Source: Chara braunii
Taxonomy: Eukaryota > Plantae > Charophyceae
Direction of reading: 5' to 3'
Length of the DNA stretch: 64,000 nt
NCBI GenBank assembly: GCA_003427395.1
Contig: BFEA01000036.1
Coordinates: forward strand, 682,610-746,609
In this document: piece by piece, positions 37,587 through 52,937 of the stretch
Position numbering within the stretch: position 1 is the first letter of the stretch
Layout of the letters: the number at the start of each line of letters is the position of its first letter
Program-made: the position numbers and the translations under genes
Notes under the pieces: model-generated
The model's database searches: none
Told to the model about the DNA's origin: nothing
Seen by the model: the letters and a program-made list of their open reading frames with translations, nothing else

Positions 37587-39616
37587 TCAGCACGAAGCTC
37601 GCGATTGTGTCTGTGGGACTAGCACTTCGAATTCATGGTCCTCTACGTTGTTGCTGTTGTTCACCACCGCACGCATGTCTCTCCTTGTGTTCCCTGCTGT
37701 GTAGTAGCGAGTCGCCACATCTGCCATGCGTGTGTCGTGGTCGAGCTTGAAAATGCAGAAACTCATAACTGTGTCCCGACTCCGGGCTGTATTCACTATG
37801 TCATTCTTTATACTGGTCATAAGGGTCAATTGATCCGACACCTTGCTTGACTTCTTTGTCTGCTCTATTTCTGTGCGGGTCACAAGTTCGGTAAACGCTA
37901 GTTGCTGCAACGTCACGCTGAGCTTCCCACCGTTTTTTCTTATTTGGAACACTTTTGTGAGCGCCCTCTTGAAATGCTCCGCTCCCCATGGCTCGTCGCC
38001 CTTCCTCCTCCATGTTTTGTCTTTGTTCATCTGGCTACGTAGTTCGTTTCGCACGGTGTTATTGTGATCCGACTGCGCGCCACGTACGAGGGAGACACCT
38101 CTCTCTGCCCAAAACGAGTGTCTTAGGTGCCAAGTCAACTCTCCAAGGACCGTTGTCATCATTCGGTTGCACTCTATAAGCACACTCCGCAAACCTTTCT
38201 TCTCTACATACTTCCCCCATCCTACCCTCACCTCTTCTCCCAAAAGGGTAGCAGCCAACTACAACACATTGAAGAAGTCGTCCTCCGAAGGGTAGAATGT
38301 TGCGTCCGTCGCTTTTGAGTGCACAAAAGCTTTTGCAACAGACCTCAGCAGTCTGTCTTTTTTCTTTTTGCCGAATAAGTCGAATTCGTCTCCCTCTCCA
38401 ACCGCCGAAGGCTCAGCCTCTTTCGCGTCCGCCGGGTGCCGTCTCCCTCCTTGTATTATGTGCCGGTCTGCAACAACGCGCGCCAACACCCACAAGTTCG
38501 AAGTTGGTATCCACCAGATTCGTACATTGGCTTGACAAGAGAAACAACCGCAACCACCCTTACTTATTTGCAACCTACATAAAATTTTCTCATCGAACAA
38601 TGTATACAGTTTGCTGCCATTTTGCACTGCCAGCGCGCAATGACAAGAGTCTGAGTGAAACAACATGTCGACTGGCCAAAACAAGCATGATTTTTTTTTT
38701 TTTTCTCACACATTGCGTACTTACGTCCTTCGATTGCCTTCTCCTTTAGAACTTACTGCTTGTCGACGTTGCTATCCTCTCTGCGTCCGTCGCTTGTTCC
38801 GCCTTGCGTTTTTCGAGACGTGTTCTGTGTATTGTCTTTGCTAGACCTTTCTTCCCTGCTGCTGCTCCGAGATGGGTCTTCCTCCTCTTCGTCCTCGTCG
38901 TCGGTGTACTCAGTGTTGTTGGACCCGTTGTCGCTGTCCTCCTCTTCGTTGCTTGCATCTTCCTCGTATGATTCACCTTCGTCGCATGTCCCCACATTAC
39001 GTCCTCTACTGTCCTCTGTTTCATCATACGGGTAGGACCTTTGTGTCTTCCGTGCTGTGTCCCGAGACACATCTCGTTTTTCGGTGTCGGTTGCAGTGAC
39101 ACCATCGGAACCCCTTAGATCAATTGTCTCCTTCTCTTCCTCCACCCCCTCAATGATTCTCCTCCTCTTCGTATTTGCGTTGTTGTGCCGAGGTTGTCCT
39201 TCCACCCTTTCTGCGCATGACCTATTATTCGGCGCCCGTGGCGGGGATCGGTCCTTTCGCTTGCGATTCTTCATGGATGTCGGCGAGGCAGGGGCCGGCT
39301 CTCGTTGTCGTTTATTGGCTTCAGACGTTTTCGCTTTCGGCGGCCTCCTGACCGCAGCACTGTCCGCGCGGGGCTTTATCAAAGGTGATGTCTTGCTTTT
39401 CTCCGGGGGCCGTCTCTGGAATTTCCCCTTCTTATTTCTGACCGCAGTCTTTTCGCTCAGCCCTGCTAGTGGCTGTGTTTCCTGTACTTGCTTTAAGGAC
39501 GAAGCAAGATCTTCGTACCTGCGGCGGGGTACCATTGCAAAGCTACATGACACACAGAACATTCCACTTATGAGCTTTTTACTCAAACACTCGTACGTGT
39601 ATAGACAACTTTTCAA
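37587..39616 (-). pseudogene. Unknown transposon cargo gene (basic/acidic disordered N-terminus, helical C-terminal domain), probably spliced
   Basis: ORF 38753-39616 ends at a GTAAGT donor (~38756). ORFs 38259-38684 and 37587-38258 are in frame across one stop. Confidence 0.55.
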
Positions 39617-39641
39617 TGCTAATCAGCCCGAACATTGTAGA

Positions 39642-39733
<92 letters not shown>

Positions 39734-39734
39734 N

Positions 39735-39782
<48 letters not shown>

Positions 39783-39909
39783 TTTCTCATATTATATGTT
39801 GACAGGATAAGGTATCACGTTCATGCAAAAAATCAAACAAAAATTTGTCGCCGACTTCATTCTTCTTCGCCAACTTCCTATTAATATACAACTACAGTCG
39901 TCCTCCGCT

Positions 39910-39979
<70 letters not shown>

Positions 39980-40183
39980 CCGCATTCTTCTCTCTCTCTA
40001 ACTTCAATAAAGGTTAAACATAAAATTCTTTGGTGCACCCTCAGTTGGCAGATCACCCACGACACACAATCGACGATGGATATGAATGAAACGGTTTTGC
40101 ACTCGCTTGCATGTATATCCAGGGTGTGTTGTCAGAAAAATCACCTTAACCAGTAACCCCCCTCACAACACCGCCGATCCCAG

Positions 40184-40236
<53 letters not shown>

Positions 40237-40317
40237 ATGGTCCCACCCGACATGGCCTGTCGTACTTGTCTAAGGTAGTTCGCCACCGTCTTTTTTTATG
40301 TTCGCTCTCATGACACG

Positions 40318-41679
40318 AGCTATCGTCCAACATGCTCCGAGACTCGTGTGACCTTTCGCTGCTGCTGCACACTCTGCAATGCGATCGATAGCTCTAACAC
40401 GGAAGTCTCGAGCGGTTCTTCCATCGATGCGCATGTTCTCTACAATCTCCAGTATGTTGTCTTTCGAGATGCCATTCTCGGTTGATCAATGTGCCAACTT
40501 TGTTATCAACTCTTCTGCCATGCAACATATATTAACACCACAATCCTCTCTGTTACTTTGTTGTGAAGACCTCGCATGGATCAGTCCACGACCAAACACA
40601 TCTCTGCAAGTGTTCCACGACTTGTCCACCAGTTGGCGTGTGACATCCGGACCCCTTCTTTTGTCGTTCATGTACTCGTGCCACATTAATGTCCGCAACG
40701 CCCTCCAGTCTGGAGTCGGGTACCCGTGATCCGAGTCGACGATTATGGCGTCAGGGCATGTGCCGTCGGTCCAAAACTCCCTTACATTCAAGATTATGAG
40801 CAACATCCAATGGTGGTTGTGGTTAATTGGAATAAGCATGACTGATTCGACCTCCAGGTCTTTACACAGTCGAACAATTTTGGTCGTCCGACTCTTCACA
40901 TGCAACTCCCATCCCCTTTTCACCGCTGCGACTTTCTGATTCGCGAGCACCTCCGGATGCCAAAAAGTTGTGCACACATGCACTGCTGCGGTTGAGTTAC
41001 CTTCCAATCGCTCTTCGTATACGAACAACAAATATATGTCCATTACATTGCCATTGAGTCACTTCCCAACGGCCAAGCACATCACATCTGCCTCCGCCAG
41101 TTGGATCTCCTCCCTTCTGCCTTTCCACGTGAATGGATATATGTTTGTCTCGTCAACAACATCGAACCCGTTCGACGAGCTTGATGCGTTATCGCCCTTC
41201 TTTCCGTGTGTCGTCTTCCCGCGTGACTCTGAACGTCCGAGATCCGCTGACCGGATTGTTCCCCTTGTNGCTGCCAAGTACATTCTGTTGTACCACCTGT
41301 CCTTCCGTGACAGGTGCTCCCATCTCTCCAACATAGCCTCCATTGTCATTGTTCTGCAGTTTGACGCCGTCCTCTCTGTGGCTTCTTCGCCTTCTCTTGT
41401 TGTGGCTTGTGGCCTCTTCTCGGTGTGCGTCGCTCCCTTGTCGAGCTCTTGCGTTTCCACTTTGCTGTGCTCAACATGCTCCTGCTTCCTCGATATCGTT
41501 GTCTCTTGATTACTATCGATCGTGACCTCGGCCACTCTCTCATGTGCGTGGCTTTTGTCTTCAGTTGTCCGCATTCGTGTTGTTCTTGATCGTTTCCCTC
41601 TCCTCGTCGTTATGTTTGATGCCAGTGCTGAGCGTTCAGTACTGTTCCTCGTAATGTGTGACATTCTACCTATGAGCAA
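40318..41679 (-). pseudogene. Ulp1-like SUMO protease (peptidase C48)
   Basis: K*LNGNVMDIY (WLN motif with a stop), LIPINHNHHWMLLII (catalytic His), IIVDS (Asp), QQSNREDCGV (Gln/Cys). Confidence 0.88.
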
Positions 41680-41880
41680 ACCATCACATTTTCACGAGTT
41701 TTTTTTGCGTCAGTTTTGGTAGTCGTTCCTTGGTCACGCGATAATAGGGCTTGGAGAGAGAGAGAGAGAGAGATGGGTGGTGGGGGCCATAAAGATGTCG
41801 TCCGTGAGCGGTGTTGCTTTAATTGGCACGTACTACCCAACCAGACCACGTAGTCACCGTTCAGTGTTGCATGTCACATA

Positions 41881-44692
41881 TCACAATACAAATCTGTTCA
41901 AGTAAAAAGTGTCCTCACGTTGTCTTCTATATGTTGCTGAATCCCACTGCAGTTTTGCGAAACATGGAACAACGTGGACAGTGTTGGTGATGTTGTCAAC
42001 GGAGATGACGCTGCACAGCTGGCGACTATTTACCATTACCCATTTCATTTTTTGCACCCTGTCACATCTGCTCTTTCAGTGTCAGCCTCTTTGTACCATT
42101 TTACAAAGGCGCACTCATGTGTGGTGGACGCTTCTTCCGTACAGGTGTTCATGACAAAAAACATTGCCACAGATGCATACCATATACTTCCTGTCTGTGA
42201 CCTCACAGCAACATCACTGTGCACCGCTTTCCCGCGGAAGTTGGGTGAAGCCCTCGCAGTTTGCACAAGTGCTCCCCTGGTTGTTTCATCGACTGTTGCT
42301 GCGATGGCAAGATGTGTTCTCGTGCGTATTAACTTGTCCGCATGCGGTGGATTACACCCGTTTTTCGACATGTACGTGTGAAGCGCCTCTCGAAAGAACT
42401 CCTTGCACGGGAGGGCATCCAATATCACATTGGCGGTTCCTGTTGCACCTTCGTTCCCATTTAATCCCGCATTTCCGCGGGGGAAAAATCGGAGATGCAA
42501 CTTCGCCGTATCGCGTGCGGCAAGTGTATTCATTCCGCTTGCCGAGCACTCCATGACGGACGACCGATTCTCAATTGTCCTCTTCCTTTGTTTCCGTGCA
42601 CGTTCAATGTCGTCGTCGAATGTGACAGCCAGTCGCACATGATTTACCATTTGGAACGCAGCTTTGCGCTTGTTCGACGACATGAAAGGCTGTTTGCAAA
42701 ACTTCTGGTGGTGGTGCTCCCACACATCGGCCGCGAAGCTGTCTGGGAGACCTGAACGTTCAATGCACGCCCTCAAATGCAGAAGGTTGTGTAAGTTCGG
42801 CAGTTTCCAGTTGGAGGTTTGATAATAATCCAGTACCTGTTTGAGGGTTGTTATGAAGTCCGTCATAAGATTGTCACTTGCGTCAAGCGAATGACTTGAA
42901 TGCTTTGTGCACCGGAACATTGAGATGTACAGTTCCATTAGTTTCTTGAAACAAGATGTTATTCGTTTTCCTACCGACCCAGGGATAACGTTGGACACTA
43001 TGAATACGCACACTGTCATAACTGACCGGTTCTGCTTAGCTTCGAAACGCCCCTCCCGTGAAAAGTAGTCGCTACCTGTTGCAACAGGTAGCACAAGTTG
43101 CGGAAATGTAGTACTGCTTCTCTCGCTCAATGTCTGCAACCTCGCATCCAATTCCTTGAACACATGGCTTTGTGGGACATGGCTCAACTTGTCAAAGGCA
43201 GCTGCTCTGAAAGCGTCTAACATGTGCAAAAATATGTCGTGCTCGATGGTGTGCATGCGGTCCGGTTGCAGAGCTAGGTGGTAGTCGAACATAGGATCAT
43301 CGTCTCCAGGACCCCTATAAAATCCCCATAGCCCGTTCTCTTTCACATGCATGTGCATATTCAAGTTTGACAATTGTGTCTTCGTCATGCGACGAATATC
43401 ATCGTTGTCTGTCGAATGGAATTGTGTTAGAAGTGCACGTTCTATACTTTGTGATCGACAACAGTTATTGAAGTTCGCAATGGCATCAAAATAAGATTTT
43501 GACACTGTGCACGACACCGTATTTCACCGTTGCGACGACGCACCTCTCAGGGTAGTCTTGAATATAATTCAGCAGGAAAGGGTGCACTGTAATCTTGAAT
43601 ATAATTCAGCAGGAAAGGGTGCACTGTAATCTTGAATATAATTCAGCAGGAAAGGGTGCACTGTTACCTCTCCCCACCGCTCATCATCATAAACAATGCC
43701 ATCATGCGACGCATGCTTCGCAGCCGGCAACACCACAGACAGTGCTGAGTGCAATATGATGGCTTTGCGTTGCCTGAACGCGGTGCTTTGCAAACCCCAT
43801 CCCTTGTCTCCTAGACGTTGATGGAGGACAGAAAGATACACAAGAAGTGTCAAGTCATGTGCATGGTCACCTATTTACATCATTAATGGATATGCCGTCT
43901 GTTTCTGCCGTCCATCTAGATGTGTTTGGTCAGAATACAGACAGATTGGCATCACATACCGTGTTCTGCCATTCTTATCTACACCTTTGTGCGCTCTGAT
44001 GACGGTCTGTACGTGATGCCACAACTCACTTGAGCGAGCGTTGTCTATTGTGGGTTCTGCCTCCGGCGGGGGGGTTGAGAGACACGACACTGTTTCCATC
44101 TTTTTCGCCGCTGCTTTGAGCAGTGACGTGAAAGTCGTATGCCAATCTCGGTACCACAGGACGGCATGTGCATCTGATGGCCAGTCATCACTTCTGAGAT
44201 CTATCTCCCGCCACCCGTTCGTCTCCGCCTGCCTGCTCGTCCAACGCAAGAAGTCACGGCTGTTGCGGTACACGATTTCCTGGGGCGAGAATCTTGGATC
44301 TCTCAGTAGTGACAGAAGAGCGTCGATGTCGTTGAGCGACATCCCTAAGCCACCCCTAGAGGACAACATGATTGCAGCAAGTCTGCGGGATGTGTCGAAC
44401 GACCGCCCGTCAGGTGGGTCTTCATCGGAACCGCATTCCATTTCCGCATCCACAGCGAGGTCGACGATGTCTCCCCCAGGCCACCGCCATCCGGCGCGCC
44501 GTCCTCCCCCGCGGATCTCTTCTCCCCACTATGTCCATCGTCATCGTTTGATCTACGACTCGTTGAGGACGGACAGGCCCTCGCGCGATGAGAGTTTATT
44601 GTCCTTAATGACGTGAAAGCTCGACCGCATTCACACACCATGCGCTCGTCCGTCATCTGCACTCTCTCACACATGATATGAAATTCCCTCAC
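41881..44692 (-). pseudogene. Plavaka-family transposase with N-terminal zinc finger
   Basis: CECGRAFTSLRTINSHRARAC; MPICLYSDQTHL..AYPL; HPFLLNYIQDYPERC; PDRMHTIEH; LPNLHNLLH..G..DSF..WEHHH..K..SNKR; C-terminal VHVVPCF..FYLNRF after a frameshift. Confidence 0.85.
43556..43664. repeat. 37-bp triplication disrupting the transposase
   Basis: TCTTGAATATAATTCAGCAGGAAAGGGTGCACTGT at 43556, 43593 and 43630. Confidence 0.95.
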
Positions 44693-44993
44693 ACCTAGAG
44701 TGCCAAACGTTTTGCACGCACAATGGACTTACTACTTGGCCCTTCCACGACGTTCGGAATTATCCTGCCTCGCTACCACAAACACAACAATAAAAAGACA
44801 CATTCAGTGTTCCAAACATACTGCGCACCGATAAGTGGAATCCCGCTTTTCCATACATACCACTACCTTTCGTGATGTTCATTTCCATTTTTATTTTTTC
44901 CACCTGCTAACGACCCACAACCCCCTACGGCAGGGTTTTGCCCTGTGGTCATTGTAGAAAGATCATCGCAGTCATTTGATCGCACCAACACTC

Positions 44994-45073
<80 letters not shown>

Positions 45074-45268
45074 TGACTGTGTCTTTGTAAAATGACACAA
45101 AGAGGTTGAAACTGAACTGAGTCACTTACGGCTGTGTACGACAACAACGTCGCCATAAAACATTGTCACATCCCAAACACATTGCTTACACCTGAACGTG
45201 GAAGGCAGGTATGTAAACACCTTGCAATATTAACAATGCAGTATATGGAAAACCCCGCTTTTCAACAA

Positions 45269-48740
<3,472 letters not shown>

Positions 48741-48799
48741 AATTGATTGAATTATTTTTTTTTCCCTCCCTGGGAAATTTTGTTTTCACGTTCTGATCT

Positions 48800-49743
48800 A
48801 ACAGACTCGCACTGACTCGCACTGACTTGTCACAGACTGACACTGAGAGAGACAGGCGTGAAGGGAGTGACATAGATTCATCATAGACACACACACATGG
48901 CGGGTTGAACTCAAACATGCTCCACCGGACTGTCATAGACTCAGCCGGACAGACGCGGACTCAGACAGAGTCACACAGAGTCACACAAACTCAAACGGAC
49001 TCACAGAGGCTGAAACAGACACTCACTCACCCGGATAGACACTGACTTACACCAATTCGCCCTGACTCACCCAGACTGACCCAGACTCACACAGACTCAA
49101 ACAGACTTCAAGAGACTCACACAGACTGATTCGGTCCCTGACAAAGACTCGTCCAGACTCACACAGACTGAAACAGACTCATCCAGACTCAAACATACTC
49201 ATCCACACTCACACAGACTCAAACAGACAAACACAGACTCACCAAGACTCACACAGACTCACCCTGACTCACCCTGACTCACCCAGACTCACACAGACTG
49301 ACACTAACTGACACAGATTCACCCAGACTCACACAGACTCACCCACACTCACACTGACTTACCCAGACTCACACAGACTCACACAGACTCAAACTTTCAC
49401 ACACAGAGTCACACAGACTCACACAGAGTGCAGGGACACGGCTGGGACTCAAACAGACTGACACAGACTCACACTGACCCACATGGACTCCCGCTGACTC
49501 ACCCTGAGTTACACTGACTCACCCAGCCTCAGCCAGACTCACACAGACGGCAACAGACTCACACAGAGGCAAACGGAATCACACACACTCAACCAGACTC
49601 ATCACTGAGTTGCAAAGACTGCAGGGACTCATACGGACTCACATCGACTCACCCAAAAACACACTGACCCACATGGACTGACACAGACTCACCCAGAGTC
49701 ACATAGACTCACCCAGGCTCACCCAGACACACCGACACACACA

Positions 49744-49799
<56 letters not shown>

Positions 49800-50100
49800 T
49801 AGACTCACATAAACTCGCACAGACAGAAGCAGACTCATCACAAACTGGAACGGACTGACACGGACTCACACAGAGTGGCGCAGACTCGAACACATTCAAG
49901 CCCTATCAAACAGACTCGAACCGACTAACACGGATTCATGACAGACTGACACAGACTCAAACACACTCAGATAGACTCAATGAAGCTGAAACGGACTCAC
50001 AGACACTGACACAGACTCAAACACACTCACACAGACACACATTCACTCACAAAAACTCACACACACTCACACACACCCACACACACTCAAACACACTCCA
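48800..50100. repeat. Degenerate 10-bp satellite (ACAGACTCAC)n grading into (CA)n
   Basis: Dozens of ACAGACTCAC / CCAGACTCAC / ACTGACTCAC variants. Confidence 0.9.
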
Positions 50101-51119
50101 TCACATAGTGAGCACGGGCAAGTCATGACACTTTAGAGGACCTATCCCTACAGTGTGGCCTCACTTCCAACACGGTCGGGTAGTGGGCGTCGTTTACCAA
50201 CCGATGGTCGGACCGTGCATGTTGAAATGGACCGCACTTGGCAACCACACATTAATTTTTTTTTGTTTTTTTTCACATGTTTGTGTGTTTGCATGTTGTG
50301 GTCCATGTGCGTTTAACCAGTACTGTTTGTGTGATGGCATGTTTCACTTGCTTGTACGCGTCTGTGCACATGTGCTCGTGACTTTTGATGCGTCAGGATA
50401 TTTTTCACTCACAGTATGTGGAAGTGTTAGCTTGCATGGAAACTCACCGATTCTTCTGCCGAGAAACAAGTGTGACCATCCATACGTCACTGTTGTCCAC
50501 ACGGCCAATGAGACGCGCTGTCGGGACAGAAACCCCTGTAAGGGTTTCTGCCCAAGTTTTTCAAGGTCCGACACTGCCCGACCCTTGCTTGGATTGAAAG
50601 ACTTGATGAGATTGACGTTGCCAAAGGTTATTCAGACCAACCCAATAACTAAGAAACCTAAAGCCTGGCGTCGTTGACGCGTGACGTCATTGACATTCGT
50701 TCGAAACAGCGGGAGTCGGCAGTGCGGCCTGTCGTCCATGGTTTCGGACAGGGCCGCGGTGGTGCGCGGTCATGAAAAGACTAAAGTTAGACCTATTTTA
50801 CCGAAAAAAAATGTAGCGCGGCTGCTAAGCCGCGAGATTCAGGGCCTAAGCGGGTTAAAAAGGAGTCGTTGCGACGAGGATGGGACGCAGCGTGAAGGAC
50901 AGTTAGTTTTAGGGCCCGCATGACTTTTGCGCCAAGGATCGGGGGTGATGGCGTTGGGGCCGGCTGGGTCGGGTAGCCGTTAAGGCCGTCGGCCGCTAAC
51001 CCAGCCAGCCAGCCATGGTGGTATACAGGCTTAGCGGGCAAAGCCTGCTAAGCACCGTACGGGGACCTGCAGGGCGGCAGAAGCCCTTCATATAGAAGGG
51101 CTGCTCCTTCCTGTATGTG

Positions 51120-51213
51120 AAAAGGAGCTAGCCCTGTAGGTACCGTAGCCTGGTTGTTACCCCATGGATAAAGGGATCGAACCCGACAACAGGCAACTGG
51201 GCTAGCTCCTTTT
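51120..51213 (+). ncRNA. Putative Pol III-type hairpin RNA cassette in LTR B
   Basis: CATATAGA about 30 bp upstream; A box-like TAGCCCTGTAGG (51129); B box GGATCGAACCC (51174); 15-bp stem AAAAGGAGCTAGCCC/GGGCTAGCTCCTTTT. Confidence 0.6.
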
Positions 51214-51995
51214 GGAGCAGCCCAACCTTATGGCGCGGCCGTTTTCGGCCGTGCGATCGCTGAGATCGTGCGGCTGAAAACAGCCGCGCAGAGGTCTATA
51301 TGGGCCTGCGTAAGGATGACACGTGTAAGAAAAATAAAAAAATAATAATAAAAAAATAAAAAAGTATATATATAAATTTTCGTCGAGTCCATAAGGACTT
51401 GAACTCGGATCTGTACCTTGATAGTGCGTGGCTGAAAAGCCACGCAGGGGTGAAGGGACGACTGTTGGCTTAAGCCAATAGGAAAAAAAAAAAAAAAAAA
51501 ACCTAAAACTAAACTGACATGAAGCGCCACATGGCGCTATATGAAGTAACTGGGGCACTTTAGTCCCCAGCCAATGTGACAGGCGCTCGTTGGAAACGGT
51601 CAGCCACAATTCAGGTAAGTTCTTTTTCTTTTAAGATTTAGTTAGATTTTCTTTTTAAGATTTTGTCTAGATTTTTTTTGACTTTTTCTTTTCCTTTTTT
51701 TGAGAGATTGCGTGCCCGTTCGTTTGGGACGAACGAGCAGAAAAAAAAAAAGCATGACTGAGACAGACTGTTTCGTCGGACTTCCACCGACTCATCAGGA
51801 AGTTGAACCTCGACAGCCCATCTACGGATGGGCAAACACATCTGCCGTCCTAAGCGCCTAAGTTCAGAGAGAGAGAGAGAGAGAGAGAAACACAGCAGCC
51901 CACCTGCGCCCGTTGGATTTTGGAACGGGCTGCAGTGGTTGCCTGCGCGCCTGAACCTGGTGCTGAAAGCGTCCGGGTACGAGCGCAGGGCAAAG

Positions 51996-52051
51996 GGGGA
52001 AAAGAAGACCCTGTTGAGATTGACTCTAGTTCGACTCTGTGAAAGGACTTG
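51996..52051 (+). pseudogene. Short fragment of eukaryotic LSU (25S/28S) rRNA domain V inside LTR B
   Basis: AAAGAAGACCCTGTTGAGaTTGACTCTAGTtCGACTcTGTGAAAgGACTTG differs at 4 positions from the plant 25S sequence as I recall it. Confidence 0.85.
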
Positions 52052-52756
52052 GGGGAGGGACGTGCTCGTTCGTTTTTCGAACGACGAGCTGTCCCTTTTT
52101 AAAAAAAAAAACAAGGGGGAAAAAGGAAAAAAAAAAGTTGGAAAAAAAAAAAACGGCCGCGAGTCTAGCCGCGGCCTCGGTCCAGATGCAAGTTTAGAAG
52201 CATCAGGACTGAGAATTGACAGCAAACTGTTGGTTTCAACAATCTGCTCAGAAATGGCCGAGTACAGCCATTCCTGGGCTACGTCTGGCCGCGGGTGACA
52301 GCCAGATACATTTCCAGTCGCCAGAACCCAGTTCCTCTAGCGGAACAACAGGCTTTGAGGCCCTTGATTGCGTTTTAGATCAAGTGCCAGGCCTCATTCC
52401 GAGTTCTGGCTGTGGGCAAAGCAGTTGCCCACATGCTCTCGCCAGGCTATTAAAACCAACATTCCACCCAGCAGTCTCACAAGTTGTGGCAGTGCTGCTG
52501 AGGCATTCACTTGAGTGAATGCTGGCTGGCTGCTGCTGTGGGGCGGTGCTGTTGGTGGAGGTCTGCAGTGGGTGAGGAGAGAGTTGAGGAGGAAACTATC
52601 GAGGGGGAGGGCCACAGCTGTGAAGCATAGCTATAGCTACCATCTTAGTGGTGGAGGGGAAATGTTGCAGGGTCTGCGCAGTGACTGGAGTTCTGAAGTA
52701 TAGGGGAGGTGTTGTTCATTCAGCGCGGGGACGACAGCGGGTTTATCTACGGTAGT

Positions 52757-52937
52757 GCGGAAGCGCTGCCGAAATTTTGCGGCGGCGGCTATGCTTTTTC
52801 GGCGTTGACGCGGAAGCGCTGCCGAAATTTTGCGGCGGCGACTATGCTTTTTCGGAGGTGACGCGGAAGCGCTGCCGAAATTTTACGGCGGCAGCTGGGT
52901 CTTTCAGCGGTGGCGCGGAAGCGCTGCCGAAATTTTT
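52757..52937. repeat. ~53-bp tandem repeat x4 in LTR B
   Basis: GCGGAAGCGCTGCCGAAATTTT at 52757, 52810, 52863 and 52915. Confidence 0.92.

Noticed and set aside
39057-39884. Long plus-strand ORFs opposite the transposon genes (also 44041-44616)
   Set aside because: Antisense shadows of the minus-strand coding regions with no recognisable motifs.
50100-50190. TAGTG motifs as the CACTA right terminus
   Set aside because: No matching CACTA left end or TSD was found; a 5-mer is expected by chance.
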